Below are positions 1-20,254 of a DNA stretch of 64,000 nucleotides, piece after piece. Both the position numbers and the translations under genes were made by a program. Position 1 is the stretch's first letter, and each line of letters begins with the position of its first letter. Origin of the DNA: Paraspadella gotoi (taxonomy: Eukaryota > Animalia > Chaetognatha). The stretch is from positions 1,544,721 through 1,608,720 of the forward strand of contig CM119271.1 in NCBI GenBank assembly GCA_051294375.1, read 5' to 3'. Below the pieces are notes generated by a model, which did no database searches, was not told where the DNA came from, and was given only the letters and a program-made list of their open reading frames with translations.

Positions 1-864
1 CATGGGCGAGATGTTCGCGTCGGGGATGCCAGTCGACGAAGATTCGGCCGCGGATGATCGGGTCGTCGTCAAGGAAAATTTCGGTGAGCATGGAATGATC
101 GATGCCATTGTGGAATCAGTATGTTGGATGAAGGAATTCTGTTATCGGTCGGCATTACCAGGCGTGCCGTTTGTTTCGCCTCCGCCTGGGAGAATCGACG
201 AAGCGTAGAATAGACAGAAACAAAAGGCAAGCGTTGATAGGCGGACCGAGGATGAATCCTATATTCGCTAAAGGAATCGGAGATATTAACATATAATTTT
301 TTATAAAAAAAAGATAAAATCAAAATAGTGTGCAGGATTGTAGCGGTAGTATTTCATACCCCGTCGTCACCTCGTCCGAGAATCAGCAGCACCTATGGCG
401 CCGGAGAAGCGCGAGCTCCTCCTAACCCAAAGGACTCGGGTTCGCGCCCTGCTGATTCACACAGGAAAGCGCGCGGCATCGTCTTCCACATTATGTTATC
501 TTGTAAGAGGGATAGAGGCCTTTAGCCACCATAGCTTATCCAAAGTCAGGGGGAAGATAGCTTATTTGTTAAATGAATGGATAATCTTTATATTGGTTGT
601 CCTAACTTCATACTTCTATTTTTTCTTAAACGGCTTTTTTTCCTCTTAATTCCCCCTTCCCATTTTTACTCTCTCCCCTAAGGCGGGAAAATCGTCTACA
701 AAATCCCGAAAGATCTCGTTTCCAGCCTGGCGGACGTGTTCGAGGCTCTGGAGCAGAGCAAGACAAATCTCGACGTGGAAGAGTACAGCTTCAGTCAGAC
801 GACGCTGGAGCAAGTGTTCTTGGACTTGGCTAAGCAGCAGATAGAAGTTGGAAGCTCCGCCTGA
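1..864 (+). CDS. 3' end of an ABC transporter subfamily A (ABCA5-like) gene; last two exons <1-83 and 683-864
   Basis: Donor G|GTGAGC at 84 and acceptor TAAG| at 682. The joined frame reads KENFGGKIVYKIPKDLVSSLADVFEALEQSKTNLDVEEYSFSQTTLEQVFLDLAKQQ...*, the conserved ABCA C-terminal motif (EEYSFSQxTLEQVF). TGA at 862-864. Confidence 0.85.
379..458 (+). repeat. tRNA-derived (Pol III A/B-box-like) element in the ABCA intron
   Basis: TGGCGCCGGAG...CCTCCTAACCCAAAGGACTCGGGTTCGCGCCC, closed by a 10-bp inverted repeat GAATCAGCAG/CTGCTGATTC. It shares TGGYGCCGGAG and AACCCAAAGG with the tRNA-like core at 58951-59022. Confidence 0.5.
518..612 (+). repeat. Dispersed ~95-bp repeat family member (other copies ~33345-33410, ~39850-39945, reversed ~45700-45800)
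   Basis: Shared core CCAAAGTCAGG.G.AAGATAGCTTATTT.TTAA.TGAATGGATAAT.TTTATATTGGTTGT, compared by eye. Confidence 0.65.
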
Positions 865-1558
865 TCTCAGGAGATCTTTTGATGAAAAACTTATCTTTTT
901 TTTTTCTTTTGATCTCGTAGTTAGTAGTTTTAATGAATCTCTCTACCTTTTGACATGGATTCCGAGGCGCGAGCCACACACTAGACCTCTTGTATGTTTC
1001 GCGGTTTTGCCTTATTTATTTTTTTTTCCGCTGTCATTTTTGCTACTAACCAAATTGAGCGAATTAGGAATTAATTTTTCTATTTGCTGACAGTGTTACC
1101 TTTGAAATTAAATATTTTTTTCCTTTGTAACCATGTTGTGATATTTTTTGCTACTGTCAAAATATTCAATTATCCCCATTGGCTCAACTTAAAATTAAAC
1201 GTCAGCATTACACCATTAGGGTGTTTGCAAGAAAGTAATTAATACATTTTTGATAATGTTTTCACGTTTTTCAAAGATGATATCTCGCATTATTTCCCGA
1301 CAGCGAAATCGCTTGAGTCGCACACCGTTATGCGCTTTACCCAAAGTTGAAGCGTAAATTGGAGAATGTCGAAGCTCGACGTCGACCGAGAATTTTTAAA
1401 TCATTCGACTTTCACATCATGAGTTCGTCCACTTTGACGCGAATCGCGAGAGAGTCGTCATCTTCAAACTTGACTTCCAATTTAGACGAGACATTTACTT
1501 CTGCTTGACGCTTGGAAGTAACATGAGCCACTCTATCCTCGCGTGACCTTGAGATCGA

Positions 1559-9989
<8,431 letters not shown>

Positions 9990-10649
9990 AACTTTGGAAA
10001 CGACGCTTCCGCCTTTTTCCCCGGACGCTTTCTCTTACCCTTTTGTCTCAATCCATTTTGTTATTGTCGTCCATTATCCCATCTTTTTTTTTTTTGGAAA
10101 CGCTTAAAACTCGGACGACATATCGGTGGAATCCCGCTTTGTGATATGTAAATACAAATCTCGTTATATCGTGCAAAATTGTAACAAAAATGTAATGGTG
10201 CGCGCGTTACTTGGGCATAGATCGATTTTTTTTATTGCTCATTTTCTCTTTACCCCAATTTTTTTTTACTAAAGATTATTATAATTTGTATTAAAATAAT
10301 ATTTTTTAACGACCAGATAAGCTAAAATTTTAAATTTTTAGCACACACTTTTGTGAAGAGAGGAGTTTTAAAAAGAAAAAAAAAGGCCTCACTTTCACGA
10401 TGTCAATCTTCCCTTCCATATTGAGCCTTCTACTTTTACTTTTATTTGGTGCCAAAATTTTGTTTTATATTTGTCTCTTTAATTTTCCTAATCTTTCCTC
10501 CCCTCACCGATCCCGGCGATCCCCTCCTCCCATAATTATTATTATTTTTTAACGTCAATCACGATTCATTCCAATCATTGATAGAAAAAAATATGCAGTT
10601 GCCTATAAAGCGATAGTGATAAAAACAAATAAGCCATTATCAAGGGACA

Positions 10650-12397
10650 ATGTCGGCATGCGTTGGTCTGACCCAAGTCTCGGCTTTGAAGGGCCACACC
10701 GACCGAGTCTGGCACGCGTCTTGGAACCCGCAAGGCACGTTACTCGCCACTTGCTCTTCGGATTTGGTTAGTTGAGGAGAAAGAGACCAAACTCATCTTT
10801 TCTCAATTTTATTTGTATTTGTCATTTTCAGACTATCCGACTCTGGGCGAGGGAGGGTGAGGCAGCGGAGGATGGATCCGAGGTGAGTTTAGGGAAGCGT
10901 CTCACGGGTCTGTTAGTCTCACCATCTCAATCTCCTCCCATCCCGTCCCGTCTCCCGTGTGCAGAATTGGGCCTGCAAAACTGTCCTGACGGAGGGTCAC
11001 TCCCGCACCGTCCGTCAGGTGGCGTGGTCTCCCTGCGGCCGCTACCTCGCTTCCACCTCCTTCGACGCTACCACCTGCGTGTGGAGCGCCGACAGCGGCA
11101 GTAGCGGCGGCGGTGGCGGCTGGGACTGCGTGGCGCAACTGGAGGGTCACGAGAACGAAGTGAAGGGCGTGGCGTGGTCGAGGGGAGGAAATCTCCTCGC
11201 CACCTGCGGTCGAGACAAGAGCGTCTGGATCTGGGAAATGACCGAGGGTGAGAAGTGAGGCTGGGTGAGGTCTATACAGCTGCTGCCACTGCTGCTTTCG
11301 ATCCCCGACAGACGAAGACTTTGACTGCGCTGCGGTGTTGACTTCGCACACTCAAGACGTCAAGGCCGTCGTATGGCACCCGCAGACCGACGTGCTCGCA
11401 TCTTGCTCTTACGACAACACCATCAAGATATTCAAAGGCGAGTTTTGATTTAGGAAAGCTTTAAAATTTTTTGGTCGAGTGGAAACGCTTTTCCTGTCTG
11501 TCGATTAGAAAGATAAAAGTGATGATTTGATTTGAGTAAACGTCAACGCTACGTAAAAAGGATTTGTCATCACTGAAATCATCACGATTGACGGAAATAA
11601 ATAATAAGCAGATCTAAAGTATTGTAACTGGTTATTGTACGGGGGATATAGCGTACGCGCTTGTTAGGATAGTCAGAACAATTCCCCCCCCCCTGTAGAG
11701 GATCCCGGCGACATCGACGACTGGTCCTGCGCGGCGACTCTCTCCTCACATTCCTCAACCGTCTGGTCGATTGACTTCGACGCCGCCGGGGAACGCCTCG
11801 TCAGCGTCGGCGACGACAAGACGCTCAAGATCTGGCGTCGCTATCCGCCGGGGAACGAGGAGGCCGTCGCGGACGCCGCCGAGAAGGGAGAGGCTTGGAA
11901 GGTTGGGGATCTTTTTTTTTTTAAAGAAATAAAAAGAGATAAGAAGAAATAAAGAGAAATACAAAAATTGGAGAAATAGAAAATATTTAATTAAAATACG
12001 AACGAAAATAAGGAAAAATTAAAGAAAACGTTAGGAAATATTGATAAGATTATAATTGTTAAGTCTATCATATCGCCGGAATAATGATTATCATCCTAAA
12101 TCCCTCCAGTGCGTCTGCACCGTTTCCGGCTTCCACGATCGCGTCATCTACAGCGTCTCGTGGTGCAAGACGACGGGCCGCTTGGCGACCGCGTCCGGCG
12201 ACAACGCCATTCGCGTCCTGGAGGAAGACGAGTCGGCGAGCGATTCCAAGAACGCCCCCTCGTTCGGCGTCGTCGGCGTCACGCCCGACGCCCACGAGGA
12301 GGACGTCAACCTCGTGGCATGGAATCCAAAGGACGCGGGCCTGTTGTCGTCGGCCGGGGATGACGGCGCCGTCAAACTTTGGCGGTGGAAATCTTAA
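10650..12397 (+). CDS. CIAO1: Cytosolic iron-sulfur assembly WD40 protein CIAO1
   Basis: [90 protein letters not shown]. Multi-exon, with one GC-AG intron (11438-11698). Confidence 0.95.
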
Positions 12398-12524
12398 ATT
12401 GGGGGGAAAGACGCCGGAGAGAGAGAAAAAAACTGTTGTTGTTATTCCCAGGTTGTTTCCACGGTTTATCTTATTATTTTATTATTCCTTGTCACGCCCA
12501 CCGTCAACTATTAATAACAAAGAG

Positions 12525-13752
12525 ATGCTGGTCCGTCGATGTCCCGCTCGAACATTTCGCCGCTGCTTCGCCGCCCGTCGTCCTCTCTCTCGGTCGTTCG
12601 AACTCGTCCGGCCCCGGCCATTGGCCGCCCCGCCGACTTTTCCGCCGCCCGTACCGCTGCCTCCTTACGTCAACAGACCGGGCGGCGTACCCGTTCCGGC
12701 GCCGGAAGAGATAGAGATTAAAAGCGGCGCCGCATTGGAAGGAATGCGCGCCGCCTGTCGCCTGGTGAAAGAGGTGATGGATGAGGCGGAGGAGAGAGTG
12801 AGGCCCGGCGTCACCACGGCGGAGTTGGACGCTTTCGTGCATCAAAGGGTGAGAAACGACGTCTGGGGGAGAAAAGGGTTACTACAAATTGATAATAAAT
12901 TTATTGGAGGGTAGATTCTGTGGAAAGGCAGAATGAAGCATAAGTTAATAAATAAAGCACAAATAAATCATAAATGAATAATCAATCAATAATAATTATT
13001 ATAATTATAAGAGAAACGTTTATTCAATTAAGTCTTTGATAAGTTCAATGAAGTGCTTGATAAGTCCGAAAGTTTCGCTCCTACAATTTTACTTTTAAGA
13101 CTAAAATGTAATCGTTATCGTCCCCCTACCACCCCCCCCGGAATCCCAGATCATCTCCCGCCACTCCTACCCATCTCCCCTTCGGTATCGCGGCTTTCCC
13201 CGCAGCGTCTGTCTCAGCGTCAACGACGTCGTCTGCCACGGCGTCCCGGACACTCGCCCTCTGGCGGACGGTGACCTCGTCTCTCTCGACGTTACCGTCT
13301 TCTTCCGCGGATTCCACGGCGACCACTGCCGGACGTTCGAGGTCGGCGTCGTCGACGAAGATGGGCGCCGCTTGGTGGCGGCGTCTCGTAGGTGCTTGGC
13401 CGCCGGCGTCGCCGCCTGCGGCCCCGGCGTTCCTTTTCGCCACGTGGGCGGCGCCGTGGAGGCGGTGGCGTTGGCTTCCGGCTGCTCCGTCGTTCCTTAC
13501 TTCAACGGTCACGGCATCGGCGCCTATTTCCACGGTCCACCAGACGTGAAGCACTACTCGAACGCGGCTGAGGGCGTCATGCGACCCGGAATGACTTTCA
13601 CCGTCGAACCCGTCATCTGCGAAGGCGACGGAGACGCCGTCATCATCTTGGACGACGGGTGGACGGCCGTGACGACGGACGGATCCAGGGCCGCGCAGTT
13701 CGAACACACCTTGCTCATCACCGAGGAAGGGGTGGAGATTTTGACGGAATAA
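12525..13752 (+). CDS. METAP1D: Mitochondrial-type methionine aminopeptidase 1D (2 exons)
   Basis: Arg-rich presequence MLVRRCPARTFRRCF, then VRPGVTTAELD, YPSPLRYRGFPRSVCLSVNDVVCHGVPD, GHGIGAYFHGPP, FTVEPVI and RAAQFEHTLLITEEGVEILT. Confidence 0.9.
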
Positions 13753-14597
13753 TCCCGGAAAATACTTTGCATTGAATGGGCACTGTCTATTGGGCAGTTA
13801 ACGGTTGGACCTGGTCCTGGACCACAGATGGCCTTAGTCGATTATGGATGGCGGCAGATAACCGACAGCGAACGGTTCCCGTCTACATGGATGGTTGCCA
13901 ACGGGCCGGGCAAAAACCACCTGCCAAGAAGAAATCGATCGAAGAATTAAAATGCACATCCGGTCTTAAGCATGGTTAGGATGAATGAGGGAAGAACATT
14001 TTCCGTTGTTAGGTGTGAACTCTAAATAATTCTCGACGGAAATATTTTCACAAATTCATAAGTAATCTTATCATCATTTATTTATTTATTAATAAATTCT
14101 TGATATTTCCTATATTTATTATGAAATTCTGCTTCGTCACTGAGTGGATCGATTATTGTTTTTTCCGTTCCGACTTCTCATCTCGAGATCCAAAGTAGGG
14201 AAAACGAGATCCAGATTTTCATCTTTTCCCCCTTTTTTTTTCTCTCGCCTTTTCATTTTTACAGATCGAATTTCAGATAGGATACACAGATCTGGATCCC
14301 AGATCGACTCGTATCCATCCTGTAAACCGCCTCGAGAACATGTAACTGCGCTTCCTCCTCTGATCGGCCTCGCCCGATCGGAGCAAAAACAACAAATATA
14401 TTAATCTTTCATCGTCCAGTGAATCTGGTGCCGTGAATATAAACATTTAAAAAGTTATATCTCTAGTCTCGTTCTCGTCCGTCTTTCAAAAACTCATATT
14501 CGAAGTATAAACAAATAACAACTAACGCCCCCGGTGCTGATTTTTTCTGCTCATTAGACAAAGAAAAAAAAAACAACAAAAACAAACAAACAAAGAG

Positions 14598-17500
14598 ATG
14601 TCGCTTTCGACGCTTCGTTCCGCCGCCGCTCGCGCCCTCACGCGCTCTCGCCTTTCCTCATCGCTTACGTCGCCGCGAGTTCCGCTCGTCGACGCCCCGT
14701 TCGCCGCTCGCGCCGCCGCGTCTGGCGGCGCCAGCGGCGAAAACTCTTCCTCCGCTTCACACCGCGAATCTGCCTTTAACCGAGCCGCAGCCGCCGCCGC
14801 CGTCGTCGGCTGCTTGGCGTCCGCCGTCTACCTCCGACGTCGACTCGACGAACGCGGCGACGACGCCGCCTCCGCCACCGACGCCGCGGCGCTGTTCTTC
14901 CGCGTTCGGGCCGCCGAGACGCTCTCGGCGCAACCGGAGGTGGCCGAGGCGGAATCGGCTACGCTCACGGAGGACAAGGCCGAGGGGCTGTCGGGCCGAG
15001 CCCCGGGGGCGGTGGTGGTGGAGGAGACGGAAGAGGGGGGAGGGGAGGGGGGAGAGGGGGGGAGGAGCTCGAGACGGACCAAAGCGGAAGCCTCCTCGTC
15101 CGAAGAGGAGGGAGGGGGATCGGAAGAAGAGGGAAAGAGAGAGGAGGAAGGGGAGAAGAAGAAGAAAAGGGTCGGATTTCACGACCGAAGGTTAATATAA
15201 ATGTTTAATTAATCATTAACAATCATAACAACTTAATTAAAATAATTTAAAATGTATATGTATTTTTGAAAGGATTATCGAGTACGAGAACCGAATCCGC
15301 GCCTACTCGACGCCCGACAAGATATTCCGCTACTTCGCCACTTTGGAGCACAAGGTCGAGGCCGACGCCGGCGGTCTCCGGCATTACGAGGTCATTATGA
15401 TGGAGGATGTAATAGGATACAATATGTCTTACCCGGATGTAATAAGATACAATACATTTCAGCAGGATGTAATAGGATACAATACATTTCAGCAGGATGT
15501 AATAGGATACAATACCTTTTATCAGGATGTAATAGGATACAATACCTTTTACCAGGATGTAATAGGATACAATACCTTTTACCAGGATGTAATAGGATAC
15601 AATACCTTTTACCAGGATGTAATAGGATACAATACTTTTTACCAGGATGTAATAGTTTGTAATGGCGGGCAAATCTCTTTCAGATCCTCATGACCCCCGA
15701 AGACTTTGTACGATCCATAACGCCGGGAATCAAACAACCGGAAGGAATGGGCCTCGACCAGTTCAAGAGATACAACCCAGAGAAGCACGGACCGAGTAAG
15801 GTCGACTGCAGCCTCGGCGAAGATTCCATCTTTTACAAATTGGGTAAGTGAAGATTGGGGAAAAAAAATACTTTCAGCTATACAAAAAAATAATTTCCTT
15901 TTTCTCCATCCCTAAATTTTCCCGCGCACGCTACAGCCGGTAGCGAACGGTTTGCGTTTATCAAATTAGCGCATTTATTATATAATTTAATTAATTATAT
16001 ATGTTCTCCATCGATTTTCATTGTCAATGGGAATTCCTGCGGTTTGGTTGCTTTTCAATGTCCAAGGAAAACTCGAAAACGGTTTTCATTTGTCCCAAAT
16101 ATTAAAATTACCTTCGTAAAAAGCTAACCATTATTTATGTTTTCATTTAAATAACTGGTGTTTAATAACTACAATCAAAGTAATCTTTGTCCTAATTGTT
16201 AAGATTCAATCCTTCCAAATCCAATGATGTCTGCAATGCCCATCCTCCTCCTCCCCCGTCCCCTTAAAAAGGAGAGAACGGTCTCATCACCTTCACCGAC
16301 TACATCTTCCTGTTGACAATCCTCACCCTCCCGCCGCGACACTTCGAGATTGCCTTCAAGATGTTCGACTTTGACGGAAACGGAGAAGTCGACCATCACG
16401 AGTTCATTCACGTCCAGGTCGGTCGCTCGCTCGCTCGGTTTGTCAGTCTATTTCCTTTTTCTCTCTCAATCACCTGAAACCTCCACCTCTCCTTCAGAGC
16501 ATCCTCCGCAGCCAGACGGCGACCGGGATGCGCCACCGCGACCACGGCACCACCGGCAGCGTCCTCAACAAAACTATTCGCCCCGCGTTGGCGACCTACT
16601 TCTTCGGTGTGGACGGGGAGAAGAAACTCACCGTCGACAAGTTTATCGACTTTCAACAAAAACTCCAGGTTTTGGGGGATAAGGGGCCGATTATCAAAAA
16701 CAGTGGAATTTTATGAATTTCATTCTGAATCTGGTTATGAATCTGGTTTTGAATCTTGTCGTCTCACAGGGAGAAGTTCTGCGACTGGAATTCAATCGCT
16801 ACGAACCCAACGAAACCGGCAAGATTCAGGTTAAGACCCGAACTCCTCTTCACATCTAACTTTTCGCTTTACCAAATTGGTACAACCAATATACAAGTTA
16901 TTCATGTGAGACTGTAAGCTATTTGACCCCTGACTTTAGAGAGGCTAGGGTGGGTTAAGCCCTTCATCCCTTTTATAATATTTTAACAAAGCAGGGCCCT
17001 GCTAGCTTTCAATCAAGACTAGGGTCTCGGTCTAGTCTATTAACTTCCAGAATACCTGTCCTCTCTCACTTTTAATTTATCTTTATTTTCCTCTTGGATT
17101 CTGCAGGAAGTTGATTTCGCGGACAGCCTTTTGACTCATGCCGGTTTCACCGAGAAGAAGATGATGCGGATGAAGAAGAGGGTGAAGAAGGCCTTCAAGG
17201 ACGACGAGAACCAGTTTGGCATCAGTTTTAAGGAATTCATGGTGAGGAAGTCAAATTGGAGACGCCCTGTAGAAATTACTTCTGAAAATAACTGTCTATG
17301 TTTCTCCTCCAGGATTTCTTTCACTTCCTCGGCCACATTCACGACGTGGACGTCGCGTTGACCTACTATCATGTGGCCGGAGCAAGTGTCGATCAGGTTC
17401 CATAACCGTTTTATCGTTAATCATAGAAAAGTTTTGATTAATTTTGTTTTTACAAAAAATTTAAAAACAAGAACTTTTATTACAAAAACGGAATTTAATA

Positions 17501-18217
17501 AACCTGTTCTATGATCTCAAACAAAATGAAAAGAAAATATGCTATCTCATGTAATCTTTAACATTTTTCACGGCTCCGAAACGAGAGACGTAACGCGGTC
17601 GACTTGATCTTCCCTCCTAAGGTAACCTTCAAACACGTGGCTAAAACAGTTGCTGGCGTCTCCCTCAGCGATCACCTCGTCGACGTCGTCTACATTTTGT
17701 TCGACGAAAATCAGGTCAGTCGAGAATGGAAAATTTAATGGAAAAGGTTGTCGTAATTCGGGAATTGTTTCTTGTTTAAGCTGAGACACTTGGTAAACTT
17801 TGCATGAAGAAAGGACTTTAAAAATTTGATCAATTTGATTGTTAAAAAAATCATTTTGAATTTAAAATTTTCCATTTTATTCTACCCCCACCGCCATTTC
17901 TGCAATTTCACTCTTGCTTACCTCTTTTTCCTCCTTCCACACTTACCCAATACCCATCTCCTTTCAACTTTCTCCACCCCTTTCCCCCTTTTCATCTGAT
18001 CCCACTGTTCCTGACCCCCCCCCCATGCCCTCACCTTTAACCCTACCCTTTCCTCGATCCCTAGGACGGAGAATTGAGCCAGAAAGAGTTCGTGTCTGTG
18101 ATGAAGCAGCGAGGGATGCGAGGCCTGGAGAAACCGCGGGACACCGGCTTCACCAAGTTGCTCTCCGCCATGTGGAAGTGCGGCATGCAGTCCACTCTCA
18201 AAGTCTTCGATCATTAG
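14598..18217 (+). CDS. MICU1: Mitochondrial calcium uptake protein 1 (EF-hand MCU gatekeeper)
   Basis: Polybasic [12 protein letters not shown]|[54 protein letters not shown] and [29 protein letters not shown]...MWKC. TAG at 18215-18217. Confidence 0.95.
15403..15655. repeat. 30-bp minisatellite, ~8.4 copies, in MICU1 intron 15391-15683
   Basis: Unit CAGGATGTAATAGGATACAATACCTTTTAC, head-to-tail with no spacers. Confidence 0.95.
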
Positions 18218-20254
18218 CGGCGTCGGCGTCCGCGTCGGCCGAGAATCGGTGAAGGGATCGAATTGTGTGAAGTCGTGAATAAAAGACCACGTGACCTAAT
18301 GGATAATTGGGATTTAAAAAAAATAAAAAACCCGCGCGATCTCTTCTCAAATTATGGGGTTTTTCTTATCTTATTTAATCAGTGCTCTTACGAATTAGCC
18401 AAATGCGAAAAAAACAAGCCTATGTAGAATTTTTTTTCCTCGTAGCTTCATATAATTATTGCTATTATTGCATCGATTCTTCTTTTTTTATACGAAAATT
18501 ATATTATGGTTCACCGTTTTGCGCGTATTATGCAATGTTTAAAGCACTTTGTGTAACAAGTATTTAACTCGTAATAACACAGAGTCTAACTAATACGAGT
18601 ACATTCGTTGAAGTATTTTTTTCACTAACGACCATGAGATTTGCTATTTGTTATTTGATAACGGTTTTTATACATAACTATACCAATCTCCCCGTCGCAG
18701 TAAAATCAATTTACTCCTAGTCAACTTCTTATTCAGCTAGCTCCCCATGAAATAGAAAGAAAAATACGAAAGAGATTATATATTACTTTTACAAATATAT
18801 ACTGGCGATATAATGCCACAGAGTACTGGCCATAAACATTCTTTTTATGTATTCTAAATTATAAATTGATATAGTCAAAATATATTTACTCGTTTGCCAA
18901 TTCGCACCCAGCGCCCCCGTGGTGCGTAATTGCTTGACTAATGGTCCATGCGGTCCTTGGGACTCGGGGGATCGTGTTGTTGACTTCAAGTATTAAGTAA
19001 ATTCAAAAGTTGAAAGAAAGTCACTGAGAAGTTGTCATCTAAAAAGAATTGAAATAAATTAATTTTTAACTTTTTTTTTATTAAAAACTCGGCGCGTTTT
19101 CCCCCTTGAAGTCTTAATTATGTTACTATCTATTCAAAACATTTACAAGTACGCTATAGATTACATGAATAAATTTCTCGTCTTTCTCTTATTTATACGA
19201 TTTGAACGCCTTTGTTGCTTTACACTATTTATTTTTACACTAGTCCCGATTTATGTTCTCTTTCAACGATTTTTTTTCTTTTCTTGGCTGGCAAGCTTTT
19301 TTTTTTTTTAATTGACCGCCAATCAATCGCGTCAGTATCTGTCAATCAGAAAATATTGCTTATTCAATAAGTCTTGTCGATTCGTCTAAACGTTTGGTTG
19401 TTTTTTGTCACCCTACTTGTTCCGTTGGAAATCTTCTGAAGAGACTCGTTTTTTGTAAGAATCATGATTTAGAAAGTTTATTAAACTCTTCAGTTGACCA
19501 AACTGTTTATTACCAAACTGTTTATTAGCTCTTCAGTTGACCAAACTGTTCCGCGATGTTGTAAACCGTTTTCCGACGAATATAGAGGGGGTGGGTCCTA
19601 AAGTTGCTGTCTCGCAACTGGAATCCCTTAATCCCTTAATCCTCCACGCGAAACTCGGTCATGGTTTCGGTAAATGTTTATTGTTTAACCAATCATTGAT
19701 TTAAAGCGTCTTTTGTAAAAATATAGCCAATTCGTTTTCCTCATATGGTTTTTTTTTCGTTTTTACGCTCAAATTTTTCTGTTTTGCTCAAAAACCTTGT
19801 TTGAAGTTGTTTGCGGTATTTGTTTTTAGCATTTGGCGTTTTACATTATTGTTTGTTGAATATTTTTACTTCAATAAAACTACATAGACGAAGACGGAAT
19901 TTTTATTTTCGAAGTGCGTCAGGATGTATTTATAATGCAGTCACTGCTAAAGATAAAGAGCTAACAAAGATTGAAAAAAAAACTCTTTCGAATAGAATCG
20001 AGTTAAAATTCAGGAACAAGCAATTCTGCAACATTGCATATTAGTAATATTACCACGAAGCGTTCGCCTTTTGTCTCTCGATACCCACCCCAAGTTGAGG
20101 CTCCAAACGGGTTTCTTTCTCCGCGGCAGCCGCTACCGCGACTTACCTCAGCCGCTTAACTTACCTGCCCTTTTTCTGCCTCCCGCGTTAGCTACCATTT
20201 TGAAAAAGTCTTTCGTTAGTTAATCAAATTAGAAAATCAATCGATCAATCAGAA

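Noticed and set aside
12084-12914. 276-aa ORF suggesting a CIAO1-METAP1D fusion
   Set aside because: Its 5' half is an off-frame reading of the last CIAO1 exon. CIAO1 has its own stop (12397), and METAP1D has an ATG with a targeting peptide at 12525.
13776-13979. Trp-rich 67-aa ORF after METAP1D
   Set aside because: No recognisable domain or splice partners; more likely 3' UTR or a decayed repeat.
15247-15693. Repetitive ORFs and a CRISPR-like look from the 30-bp array
   Set aside because: The repeats are head-to-tail with no unique spacers and lie in a eukaryotic intron. The ORFs are a by-product of a stop-free unit whose length is divisible by three.
18910-18990. GC-rich patch with a tRNA-like start (GCCCCCGTGGTGCGTAATTG)
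   Set aside because: No B box or cloverleaf can be formed; at most a decayed SINE head.
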